DNA of 63,317 nt, the filler included, from Phoronis australis (Eukaryota; Animalia; Phoronida): assembly GCA_002633005.1 (NCBI GenBank). It is 7 parts of 7 records of this genome, joined end to end, with 100 filler letters (N's around TTAATTAATTAA, not from the genome) between each part and the next. Parts side by side here need not be neighbours in the genome. Positions count along the whole stretch, not along the records: positions 44,906 to 52,884 come from NMRA01001953.1; positions 52,985 to 55,654 come from NMRA01003509.1; positions 55,755 to 59,524 come from NMRA01002846.1; positions 59,625 to 63,317 come from NMRA01002892.1; 3 more parts are not named here. One strand, given 5' to 3'. The translations under genes were made by a program, and so were the position numbers. The notes under the pieces were generated by a model that was not told the origin of the DNA, made no database searches, and saw only the letters and a program-made list of their open reading frames with translations. Shown one piece after another: positions 51,536-63,317 of this stretch (position 1 is the stretch's first letter; the number at the start of each line of letters is the position of its first letter).

Positions 51536-52622
51536 CTGCAAATAACAATGCAATTACAAAGTCCCATGACATATGTATGAGGAGATATAACTGTGACAAT
51601 AAGTCCCCATGTGAAGGACAAACTGTTGCATGACAATTATTTGACAAACGGCACTTAAAAAAGCCACTTACATTCACAGAAGAGAACACGTTATTTCAAA
51701 GTGTCTCGTAAGTTACGTGACTTTGTAGAAACTAAAAAGAATCATTTCACAATACCAACGACGCCCAAGTATCATTTCAAGTTACTTCATTTAAGGAAAA
51801 TCAAGAAAACAGAATGCAGTAAACAAAAATGTCTTGCAAAGTAATAACGTTGTAAAGAGTCTCAATAGCCATAATCATGATCCCATTGTCTAACACGTTT
51901 CGCACAAAGTACAAAACAGTTCCACTTTTCTTTCTCAAACTACTCTTCAAAGACAGGAAGTTGCAGAACCAAATAATGTACACAAAGAGGACTACAGCTC
52001 CTCTTCAGGAGAAGATGGGACTCACAAACACTAGCCATCAACATTAGAAAATCCAATTTATTTGTGTATTGGCTAGGGAAGCACACCTCATGGTTCATGT
52101 TTATGCAAATGAGTAATAGTGATCTTTATTACTCATCTCATTAGAAACATATTGACAAACAAAATGAACCTATTAAGTATTTGTGTATTGGGTTGGGAAG
52201 CAAATCACAAAATGATATATGCATATGATAATTCACCTATTTAGCACACACAATATGTCAGGCAAGTGGAATTCTTTTGTCAACATTTTCCACACAAAAA
52301 ATGTCAGAAATTTTAGTCCATTGTATAATGGCCTCTAACAGCTGACATAATACAATACCTGTTAAAAGATTTGTAATTTTGTATAAAGACCGACTGTCCA
52401 TGAAAAATACAGTTGGTCAGAATGAAAAGCAGAATTTTCCATGAAAAATCAGAACAAAATAAAGTTAATGCTGAAATCTGAAAAAACCTTGACATTTTTG
52501 ATAGCTTGCTTTAGACATCAAGCCATAATAAACAATGACGAAATCAAACTCGGTAATAAGTGTACTGTAGTATGGGTGATCTCACGGGACATGGGCCCAT
52601 TTTATCAAAGTAATAATATCAA

Positions 52623-52668
<46 letters not shown>
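52623..52668. repeat. (AAT)n microsatellite
   Basis: About 15 perfect units. Confidence 0.97.
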
Positions 52669-52671
<3 letters not shown>

Positions 52672-55177
52672 TCACACTCAATTTCTGCTTCTTTGAAGGT
52701 GATGTTCACAACAAGAGAGCTCAATGACTTTCACTCCCAGAAAACATCTCAATTGAATTGTCAGGGCATACTTTGACTTCACTATGGAAACAGACAAAGC
52801 AAAAAAATAACAAAGGGTTCAGTTTCTGTTAAAAAACGTTTCAAAAGGTACTAGGCTATCACGGTAGTCCACTAGCCAAATCTGNNNNNNNNNNNNNNNN
52901 NNNNNNNNNNNNNNNNNNNNNNNNNNNNTTAATTAATTAANNNNNNNNNNNNNNNNNNNNNNNNNNNNNNNNNNNNNNNNNNNNTAAATACCCATCAAGA
53001 ATTCGGAGATGTTTCAGTAAAATGGTGAAATTTTCAATCTAAGTAAGCTGGGATTCTCCCATCACGAACGTTGCATGGTATGGCTCAGAAGTGCTGCGTC
53101 TACGGATGTGTTGTTTCAGCACTGCTATAACAAGGACTTGCAGGGTTTAGCCCAAACATCTGTTTGTTGTTGTTGACGATGTTCCTTTAGTAATTAGTTT
53201 TGATAAAGCAGTCTCTGGAATGCAAGTTTCTTGCTGTTAATAGCTAATGTAGTCTTATGTAGAAGTCTGCTGGCTGCAAAAATTGACATCCAGCTGACGT
53301 TTCATGGGATTTTCTCAGTTGATGGAGATATCAGTATTACAAGAATTATTTTTAACTGAACCCATAATGCTGTTTTGAAGAATTCTACTAACATTATGAA
53401 TTTAGTAAACAGACTGAAATGCAATGTAGTGTTGGAAATCTGACCAGATGCACTGTATATGATGTAAGAGTTTGATACTTTAAGTGAAGGATGTAAAGTC
53501 TTGTGATTGTGTTTGAATGCATGTTGTGTTTTTGGCATACTTTTAGCCTTTTAGTTTTGTGGTTGACAATGAACTGTATGTTTGAATATCCAGAATTACA
53601 TAATACATCAATGTTGAATCTATGTATTTACTGTAGTCTGTGGCTAGGGACAGTTTCTTGATGGATTACCCCCTCCCCCCCCCCCTCCCTCCCTCCCTTC
53701 CCTCCAATGCTTGATTTTGTATGTACTTTAATGAGTGTAACAGCATGTACAATGCATCTTAAACTCTACACCTTTGAAGGAAGGACTGATACCAAAATAT
53801 AATTTATGTAAATATTTTACATTGGACATTTTGTAAAGGCTCCAATACTCTGAACTGCACTACACCATAGACTTCTCACATTGTAAGTCTATGTTTAAAC
53901 CAATGTCCATGGAAACGTCCATGTCTCTATAGAGGTTGTATCAGACCTATAATTTTTCTGATTGTCATGTCTTTTGCCTTGGAGATTTAGGTTGTGGTTT
54001 GTTGTTGGTTTTGAAGACAATTAGTCACTCACTGGAGGGCGGACTTCTACGGTGGCTTAACTGAACAAAAAGTAGTGTTTTCACGAAAATAAGTTTTTAA
54101 TTTTATGTTTACCCAAAACTGCTGTTAGCGAAATTTTTACTCGCTGAAATAAAATTTCTGCTGGTCTTGCTTTACCATAAAATGTGTTTGGCTTGTTTTT
54201 TATCCTTGTTCCCACGTTACAGGCCCGGTCGCATTTCTTATCCGATCAGGGTAGAATTAATTTACACACAACATAGTCTCATGATTGGCATGAAGCCCAT
54301 TAGTTTTGGATGAGCATCGAGCCAGGATTGCACATTAATACAAAAATTTTGAGATGTCAGGGATTGGCTTGTACCTGAACGCCCTTGTTCGCGCATATGC
54401 CGTTAGCATTGTATTATGCACACGAGTACTACCATTCGACGGCACTTCTGCCTAATAAGAACCACCTCATGTCTAAAAAAGTATGTATTTCCCATCCAAA
54501 TAGGGTATTGTGTCGTTGAAATTGTGTTCACAAAGAAACTGGCACATTAAAGGAAGAATCTTAATCGTATAAATTTGGGGTGGGTGCTGAGCATTTAGCA
54601 AGGGCACTCAAAAAGTGAAAATATAGAGAGTTTGGGGCGGGTGTTACAGAACACTGACAGTAATTCGCTGGTGAGTTCGGTTGTTGAAATTCTTTAATTT
54701 AAGTGAACGTTAGCCCACAACTCAACTTTTTCCTTTACTGGGATGAAAAGTGATGGTCTGGGTGTGCAAAGGACGCTCAGCCCACGAATGACAAAAAAAT
54801 TGGGCCCCATCACGGTAGTTGCCTGGAGCCATAGGCATTTATTATATCTGTGGCACAAAGCGATTTTTAACACATCGAGTAGGCCAGAACAGTCAGCAAG
54901 TTTCTTACAGTAAAAGCACAACAGCAAGCAAAATCTTGGCAGACAGGCGAGTCAGATCTGGCGAGTAATCTCGGTACCTTATTCGTGTACACTAACCAAC
55001 AAAATGGATGACAGGACTAAAATGATTGGTTAGTGATGCTGGAATATTGAGTTACGAGGAAAAGCTTAAGTAAAAATATCATCCGTTATATAAGCGAAGA
55101 TGTGACTCCCAAGTGTCTTGCATCTACAGAACTTGGCCCTGAAGTATTGCAAATTTGTCTTTTCACTCTGATTCTAG

Positions 55178-55295
55178 CTGGCGTTGTGGACTAGATATCA
55201 CCGGCAAAGATTGGACGTGAAAGAAGAAGACGAAAAAATACCCAACTGGCTGGAAAAGTATATTGAGTACAAGTTCAATCTATTTGACCGAACAG
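55178..55295 (+). CDS. Internal exon of an EF-hand sarcoplasmic calcium-binding/calexcitin-like protein
   Basis: ttctag|LALWTRYHRQRLDVKEEDEKIPNWLEKYIEYKFNLFDRT-G|gtgag; FNLFDRTG opens an EF-hand loop. Confidence 0.8.
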
Positions 55296-58175
55296 GTGAG
55301 GTAAATTTTTGCTGTTCAAGCTTATGTTAACTCAAAACTGGTAATATAAAAAAGAGATGACGGTGTCGTAGTTGATCGGTCGTCTGCAACTCACTGCGTA
55401 CCAGAAGAGGGATGTGAATGTCACGTCAAGCGTTCATTCATGGATCTTCTAACAAATTCTTCTCTTCTATCACAAAAACCAGCAGTCGATTTAGATCATT
55501 TAGCGTTACGAAACTGGTCTCAAATTATTTCTGAATAAACGCTCGAAAAAAAGCTTCACAAGTTGACTTGTCACGGCGTGTCATTTTACGCGTCGAGGAA
55601 TAACGAACCGCCATTTCTTTGAAAATCCAGTAATCACTGAGTAGGGAACGCGTTNNNNNNNNNNNNNNNNNNNNNNNNNNNNNNNNNNNNNNNNNNNNTT
55701 AATTAATTAANNNNNNNNNNNNNNNNNNNNNNNNNNNNNNNNNNNNNNNNNNNNTGATCCCAGACCGCCCCGAGTTGCTCCAGCATCCATCTCGGGGCGG
55801 TCTCTCACGAGGGTTTAGCGTTATGTTTTATGAGCGTAACAGGCCTGTCTCGTTTCATCTACCTAAACAGTGTGAAATGCAGCTTAACAAAAATTTGTCA
55901 ACGTTCAGTGCTGGATTGACCGCTTGCGGGACACGGCCCGAACATTTGTGACAGAGCATGCGCACACCCAGACTTCGGCTTAAGCTGTGTACAGATAACT
56001 TTTAGCGTAACTAACATGCGCGCACCCAAGGGGTGGCTCGGGGGCTCGAAGTTCAAGAAGACACTGCGTTTCCCCCAGCGACATCTCAGACATGAGAGAA
56101 GTCATTTGTCGCTCTCTTTCATCCTCTCTTTTGAAATATCACTTGTTGTAATATTGAGCACCTGGCGGACAACGGCCTTGGTAATGGCATAAATTTCTGC
56201 TTATTGCCTGTTGAGGCATCCATGGGCATCCCTCTTTATCAATATCATACAACCTTTAAGTTAAGGACGGTCACCAGATGTTGGGATTAACAGTCACTTT
56301 TTTCCAGCCCTTCATATCAAGGGCCCCTTTTAGGCGGGCTACTCTCATGGAGGGTCACCAATGGGTAATTGCCGCTTTGCCCTCTCTAAATCCAGCATTG
56401 CCAAATATTCACGAGGGGAAGTAGATACTAAATTTCCAATTCGTCGAAAATACACAGAACATGTTCATGAGAAGCACAGCTGTATCGAGACATGAGATTG
56501 ACTTGAACAAAAACAATGACCACTATGGAATGATGGAAGTTTGATGACCTTGGAGACCATTATTAGTGAATTCCATCAATTGATTTTGTAATAATATAAT
56601 ATTAATTTTTCAATCCAAAGAATTACATTGCAATTATAACATTGTTGGTGAAGAGGTACTTGTTCCAAGGAGACTCCCACTTGCAGATCAGACTGTACGT
56701 GCAGTGACCTTGGAGTACCGCATGCAGTGTGCATGTGCTGAATTTTAGGGTGATCGAAGTATGTGTACTGGCAATGACAAATAAATATTTCTTCGATTTC
56801 GGAGTCAACAATAATTCACCCGATTTCGTTTCAAAATTAGTGGTGACTTCTAAATTCTAAATTAGTAATATTTTCCCTAAATTAAATACATTTGGTTCAC
56901 AATTGTTCATTTTACGTGAAATCAGTGTACGAGCTAAATTACAGTAGGAAGTGAACAGACTGAAGTCGAAATTGTTCGACCAAAATCGGGTAAGGTCCGA
57001 TGGATCACGTGTATCCGATCGTCTGCCTTCTCCATGGGTAACAGCAGTTGAATAAGACTGATTTGGTTGTGAACAAACCAAAATACACATAGGATATATT
57101 TGTGTTGCAGGTTTTTGGAGCGCATAATACTTGGATTTTCAAGCCCAAACCAGCAAAATCTGTTTAGTGACATTTTCTTCAAAGAAGTTTGACAGCAGCA
57201 CGACCTACTGAGTGGAATTTTACAACTGCAGTCTTCACACTGATTTTAACCTATCGCTAAAACCACCCCCGGTTATAGGTTATAACCGCGGTTACAACTT
57301 TCAAAACCGGTGTTAAAGTGTTCAAACCGAGGATTATAACCTTTGAATCTGTTTATAAAGTTACAACCGCTTTGGTGCTACATCCAACGGATAAGTTTAA
57401 AAGGATACTAAACCCTGTTTCGATGATTTCAATCAATCCTCGTTGTCATTTGCTAATGCATCATTGGCGTCAATCTTGGAAGATACAAGTAAAAGCAGTA
57501 ATCAACTAAAATTCATACCACCTATTTCACAAATTGGACATTATGGTCTTTGGCGGGTGGTGTTTTCAAATAGTTGCAGTGTAATTTGCTAAAAGCGTAG
57601 GCCACGTTTGACAGTTTAGCTTTGAAAGGACTTTAGAAATTTTCCTCAAACCCTTCAAGGATTTCGAGGGTTACAGAGCATTATTTTGATTCAGAAAACT
57701 AGATTGGCAAGTGGTTTTTAATATCAGTTAATGGAACAAAGACGGGTTTGGTATCATTTTAAAAGTTTATATCATGATCCAGCCCAGCGGAAAGAGGCAC
57801 AAACTTCCATCCCCCGTATCTCGGAAACGAAGACATCCCCGATGAAAATATTCCGCTTATAACACATGCTCCCGGGGGTGAATATCCTTACGTGATTTTG
57901 TAACATTGGTTGATTTCAATCTTCCTGAAAGTTCCCGATGTCATGATTTTCTCTTAACATAGGCAACACCGACCAGTATTTTCAAGTTACGCTCAATGAG
58001 CGGAATGAGAACAGAATCACCTCCGTTCAGTTTGTACGTTATCTGTTGTCATACGTTTGTGTTGTTTTTGTCAATATTATGACTCAACTACCAATGCTTT
58101 CTTAATTCACAATACCTGTTTTGAAAAATGGAATCAAAATGTAGGTGCCCGTAGGACCCGTTCCCTCTCTTAGAG

Positions 58176-58182
58176 TATAAAA
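58176..58182 (+). promoter_or_regulatory. TATA box upstream of the secreted-protein gene
   Basis: TATAAAA about 90 bp upstream of ATG 58267. Confidence 0.45.
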
Positions 58183-58266
58183 TCATCTCAACCGAACCGA
58201 AAACCGACCAATTGATCTTAGCCAACTTTCGTTCAGATATTGTACAGAACCATAGGTAAAGTTGAG

Positions 58267-58330
58267 ATGAATGTTTTGATGTTGGTTGTTGCTATCGCCT
58301 CGTTAGTGAAAGCGGACGTCACTGAAGAAG
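58267..58330 (+). CDS. Signal-peptide exon of a secreted protein
   Basis: MNVLMLVVAIASLVKADVTEE-G|gtaaac; phase 1, splices in frame to 58736. Confidence 0.75.
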
Positions 58331-58735
58331 GTAAACGCTATTTTTAAAATAGAAATCTCGAAAACGCATTTACAGTTTAATTGCCGTTTTCACATTTTGC
58401 AACGTTTTCGACATTTTAAATGCTTCAAAACTAAAGAGTCCAAAATTTTACGGACACATTTTACAAACACAGTTTCTTGTAATGCTTAGAGAATATTGTA
58501 TTAGAGACACTGACACTGAGAAGGTTTTATTTGCATTCAGTTGGCAAGTTCATTGAATAGTTTGTTATTTTTGTGGGTTATTCATAACCTGACTGCAAAC
58601 AATCAATGCTTGAAGAACAGTGTTATCTAGCTGGTCTTATCTCTAGAAATGTCCGCTGTATCAATTTAGATTTCTGAACAATGATTGAAAAAACCCAGGG
58701 CCTGCAATCAGAAATCCTATAATTACATTTTGCAG

Positions 58736-58914
58736 TTGGATTCGTTGCAACCAAGAACAACAATGGCGGTTTAGATGTCAATTTTGATGCGCATGGTGCA
58801 CAGTTTCGACTCAGAACCAAACGAAATGAGCTCATTAACGCCAGGTCTGCACCTGTCGTTATTATTGGAGATGACGGAAAGCCGAGAAACCATAATCCAC
58901 CTCCTGGCGCCCGG
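58736..58914 (+). CDS. Second exon, resembling an ADAM/ADAMTS (M12B) propeptide
   Basis: tttgcag|(V)GFVATKNNNGGLDVNFDAHGAQFRLRTKRNELINARSAPVVIIGDDGKPRNHNPPPGAR|gtaagt; L.V.F.A.G..F.L....N..LI pattern. Confidence 0.65.
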
Positions 58915-61194
58915 GTAAGTACAAGTACATTGTAATTTTCCCCCAGAAACCTTTATTTTAAAAAAATGTTCATAATAAAATGACTTTCCAACAGTCATGA
59001 TGCACAGAAATATAGTTTCCTCAGTTATTTATACACACCAACTCAACTGATTGACCACGTGACGCGGGAAAGACAGTTCTGTGCTTGCTTTGCTGTGTAC
59101 ACGTTCACGGGTACAAGACAATCATACATCTACGTGCAGGTACGACAATCGAATCATATGTACGAACCACATCTTACGTACCAACTACTGTAAACATCAT
59201 GCATACGAATGAAAAAGTAAGCCATAAGAACAAATATTAGGCATACGAACTAAACAGGCGAATGTACTTCTGTGGAATGATAATGGGGTTTGTACGTGAG
59301 CATAATTCAAAGTTCGCACGTACACTGTAAGAATGGTACCCTTGATGCATAATTCGATTTGTGCCGTCATAATGGAAACGCGCAACGCAACGGTATTGTC
59401 AATTCTACAGATTTCCGAAATAGCGCTTTTTGTATATAGCTTAAACTTTTCCAAATTTGTAATGGTTTCTGAAAGAGCGCATGCACAGCAGAAAGGAATA
59501 CCAAGAAGCAAAAATGTGAAGACTNNNNNNNNNNNNNNNNNNNNNNNNNNNNNNNNNNNNNNNNNNNNTTAATTAATTAANNNNNNNNNNNNNNNNNNNN
59601 NNNNNNNNNNNNNNNNNNNNNNNNACAGTTTTAGTCGACCACTGCTGTTTCCTGCTGATGTATTAAGCTGTACATGCATGTAATTTATTCTGGTTCCCTA
59701 TTGGGACAGCCTTCCCTGAGGAGGGTACTCGCTTGGAAGAGGTATTAAATGTGATTCTACTCCTAGCGGTGACTTTTCGTGACCATTATTATGCCCGTGC
59801 AGCTGATTTATTGCAATTCCTTTAGCGGCAGCAGACACAGTCGTAGAAATAGACTGTCACTCTCATGGTTCTGGAAATTCCACTGGGTTCTCACCAGTCT
59901 CAAGACGCACTTCCTGAACATAGTTCAGGTTGTGCAATGGAAAAGCTTTATGATGTATTTTGGATTTTTTTGCAAAACAAACTGCAATTTTGTGAAATTT
60001 GTTTCATAAACATATTATCTGGACAATAGATGACATTACTGTAGAGACATCGAATTAGCTTTGCAAGTTGTAATCAACTGGTGGAACATAAGAAACGTGA
60101 CTTTCAACTGTTCACGGGAAAAATGTGAATGTTTTTGGAGTGGGGCTATCGATGCTCTTCCATTTTGTTCAAAAACTTCATGAATGGATTTTAAATCAAG
60201 CTAGTTGATTCGTAATTTAAGCCCAAGAAATATCGAAGCACGGCGCTCAGCTGATGATTGCAGTTGGCCGTGGAGCACAACCATCTATCTTTTGTGTATT
60301 TAATTGCATTCAGCACACCTTCAAATAATTTCTAAGTTAGGTGAACTTAATGTGAATGTTTTAATTTCGTTTTGATTTTAGCAGTGAACCATCACTTAAT
60401 TTGGCCGCGGTAGCCTAATGAGTCACAGTTGATTCGTACAGCTGGGTACATACCCCTATTCACTCAAAAACCCATTTGTAATGAGGTTTCCGTGGAAACC
60501 CCCCCCCCTTTAAAAAATAAAAGTTAATACCAAGTGCTAAAAGTTAAGAAATATTTATATTTTCATAACATCTTTCAACTGACAAAACTCATCCGGTGTT
60601 CTAAATTAGTGAATGTAGGGAGACAGTGTCTTTAAAGGGGTGTTAAATCTTTTGTGTTTGTCAGAAAACAGGTTGTGATATTGGCCATTTGCCATTATAA
60701 AATTGGTATTTACTATGTTTAGAAAAGATTACTAGGCTCCGGAAGAAATGTCGTGAAATTTTATGAGCTTGGTCTAAAGAAATAGCAAAGTGTCAGTTCT
60801 TTCCAAATCTAGAAAATTTTGAGACCAATTTCAAAACGTTAATTGACTTGAAATCAACTTGTCAAACGTATGACTGTACCAAATGCTAACAACAGAACAC
60901 TGCTCTTCGAGCTGGTAAAATGGTAGATTAACGGAGAAATATTTCGAACCATAACAAAATCCTTTTGGAGAGGGCACCCTTCAGAGGTTTTCCACAGAAT
61001 GTTTTCCTGTAGAAACAGTCTCATTATTTATGCCAACGCTGATGCAAAGCCATCACTTTCTACTTCCTGTTTCAAGCAGCTATGGACGAATAGCGGAGTT
61101 GCAACGCCGCCATATTGGAAATGGGTCAGAATGTTGCATTGTGGTAAGCCGGTAAACAAGTACGTCGGCAAGCGTGGGGGCGAACCGGCCACAG

Positions 61195-61530
61195 GGACGT
61201 GTTGTGTGCCTAGTGGCATGCTACAATACCAGTTAGCGAAATAAAAAATTTAGTTACTACCTGTTTCCCAAGGATCAAGAACTGCGTTAAGGAGGTTATA
61301 CGTGTTGTGTGCCTGGCATGCTATAATACCAGTTAGCGAAATAAAAAATTTAGTTACTACTTGTTTCCCAAGGATCAAGAACTGCGTTAAACATGGGTCA
61401 GAGACATCGGTAGAGCTGGTAGCAAAGGCCGACTTCGTGAATTCTTTCCGACTTCGTATCATAAAGTGTGCAGCGCTCATTTTGAGGGCGGCAAGAAAAC
61501 GTATCTTAGAAACTCCCAACAATATCTCCC
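61195..61530 (+). mobile_element. Degenerate THAP-domain (transposase) remnant with internal ~92-bp duplication
   Basis: CCVPG...FSYYLFPKDQELR*TWVRDIGR...HKVCSAHFEGG; 61198-61290 is repeated at 61301-61390. Confidence 0.75.
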
Positions 61531-63317
61531 TTCAAAGAAACAGTAACAAATACTCCACGGCGGTTGGTAGTGAAAAAAAAAACTTGTTTTCGCTTGACCA
61601 GAACCAAGCCAACATGAGCAATTTTGAGGATAATGCCTCTGCACAATCACCTGTTCTGGGTCGACTCACTTAACGTATGCACACTATATGCATTACGCGC
61701 TAAGATAAAGCGTGCAGATTATTATTATTTACTTTCTAAAAAATTTTGGTACATTGCTATCAAAATTCGTTGTTAAATTACGATCATTTTTCATAAAGTT
61801 TTGTTGAAGTTCCAGGGCGAAATCTTGCCGACAAATGCGTAGCTGCTGGTCTCGCAATCGTCTATAGGGCTTGAATTCTTAAATAAGAATACAGCTTTGA
61901 CTCAACAAATTACCTGAAATCCTCCTCAAGTTTTCCAAATATGTATAATTCAAGGTTTATCAAACAGCACAAAATTGTGATGTCAGAGCCTAAAGAAGCT
62001 TAGGAAAGCTTCCTGACCAAAGCTGATTGACTGTGGAACTCTGTAGATCAGTAGATAAAAAGGAAGAAGAGGTGTCACAAACGTTTGTGCAGAAAACAGC
62101 TGCATGTCCTGGTAGCCTACACAGTATACTGCTGAGTGCTGTAGACTAGAATACCAAGTGTCAGACCAAACAATTGAAAGGACATAGAACAGCATAGCAA
62201 CGTTTCAAAGCACCAACAGTAGTACTAAAGCTGAAGTTGGTGAAAATGATACAGATGTTATCCAAGATTTCCCAAGAAAATCAATTATACTTCCAAAATC
62301 TGAAACACCCAATAAACCTGAACAAGATAGGAACATTCTGAAACATGAGTGCATCATTTGTTAGTAGGAAAAGTACATTATGGGCCACATTTCAAGAAAG
62401 AGAAAGATGTATAGCTTTCAAAAACAGGTACGTGTTTTTTAAAAATACATCTTGGTGTTTTCCATGTGTGATTCAGTATTATCACCAGTTGTTTTTTAAC
62501 TTGTTCAGCCCCTTGGCTGCCTAGGCCTTAGACAATACTGCTGACCCAGTAGAGACGATGATCATACCATATATAGGTACTTCATATACCGGATACTTTT
62601 CGGCAAATTATGTTCCTATAAGTTTACAAGTACCGCGTAGAGAGATGCCTTTGAGGAGGTCGTTAATGTTTTCATTTGTTCCCAGTTTAAACAAATACTC
62701 CTGCAATCCTGTTTTTCGAACACTCCATTCAGTTGCCACATCGACACTGCTTGCTCTAAGGGATAATCCTATGGTGTTATACTGTGGGTGTGATTTTAAA
62801 GCACTTTAAGTCAAATCAAAAATTTTTGAGAAGGTTAAATGGAGTAGATGGTTGCAAGCAACATGCCCAAGTGGCCGTCATCCCCTGCCGTAGTCTCAGT
62901 TTTTTGTAAACATTAATTACTTAGGTAGCTGCAATGATAATTAAGTTAAAGTGCCTAAGTGGCCATCGTCACCGTCGAAATTTGAGGACGATGGAAGCCA
63001 CTGTCCATTTCGTCAAACATCGATTACCTTAAGTGTAAATCGATTGACTATAGTTTGAGCATCTGATTTAAAAAATTAAATTTCAATCACTGCACAGGTA
63101 TATCAGCTGATTTATTTTCAGTTGCATCTACTGATCTCATTATTAGACGATCAACATTATTAGGCTACAGATCAGACGGCATGTAAATTTTGTTAGGCTG
63201 GTGGTGGATCAGTTCCTGATAAGTCCGTCTGAAAAAGTTACATGCCAACTCACTCATAGTTGAATGTTAAATTAGTGTTAACAGTTCGGGTTTTTTTCAG
63301 TTGGACTTGTATCGCAA

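Noticed and set aside
55762-55803. 13-bp GC-rich hairpin resembling a terminator
   Set aside because: Eukaryotic context with no U-tract; likely a MITE end truncated by the linker.

Overview
Eukaryotic, AT-rich, intron-containing animal DNA (invertebrate-like; taxon not determinable here). It is built from 7 segments joined by identical 100-bp artificial linkers (N44-TTAATTAATTAA-N44), so adjacency across linkers is unproven. Host genes: an intronless 921-aa LRR+Ig protein (4968-7733); three 3' exons of a PKA catalytic subunit (minus); an intronless GT31 beta-1,3-glycosyltransferase (46325-47677); the last two GRIP-domain exons of a GCC2/GCC185 golgin (minus); one EF-hand SCP/calexcitin-like exon; the first two exons of a secreted, probably M12B-type precursor; and a tandemly duplicated promoter plus first coding exon of an unidentified gene. 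Much of the rest is transposon-derived: DIRS/Ngaro, L2, Tc1/mariner, BEL/Pao, Penelope, three THAP-bearing elements (P-like, Kolobok, unassigned) and several MITEs. I see no complete new multi-gene system. The best candidates for novelty are a CAAGG-terminated foldback family with apparent 5-bp TSDs, a 28-bp micro-insertion with a 7-bp TSD and an empty-site paralogue in the window, and a 5.7-kb triple-nested element that separates a duplicated exon from its TATA box while carrying an outward-facing promoter-like module. All family assignments come from recognising motifs by eye, not from database searches.
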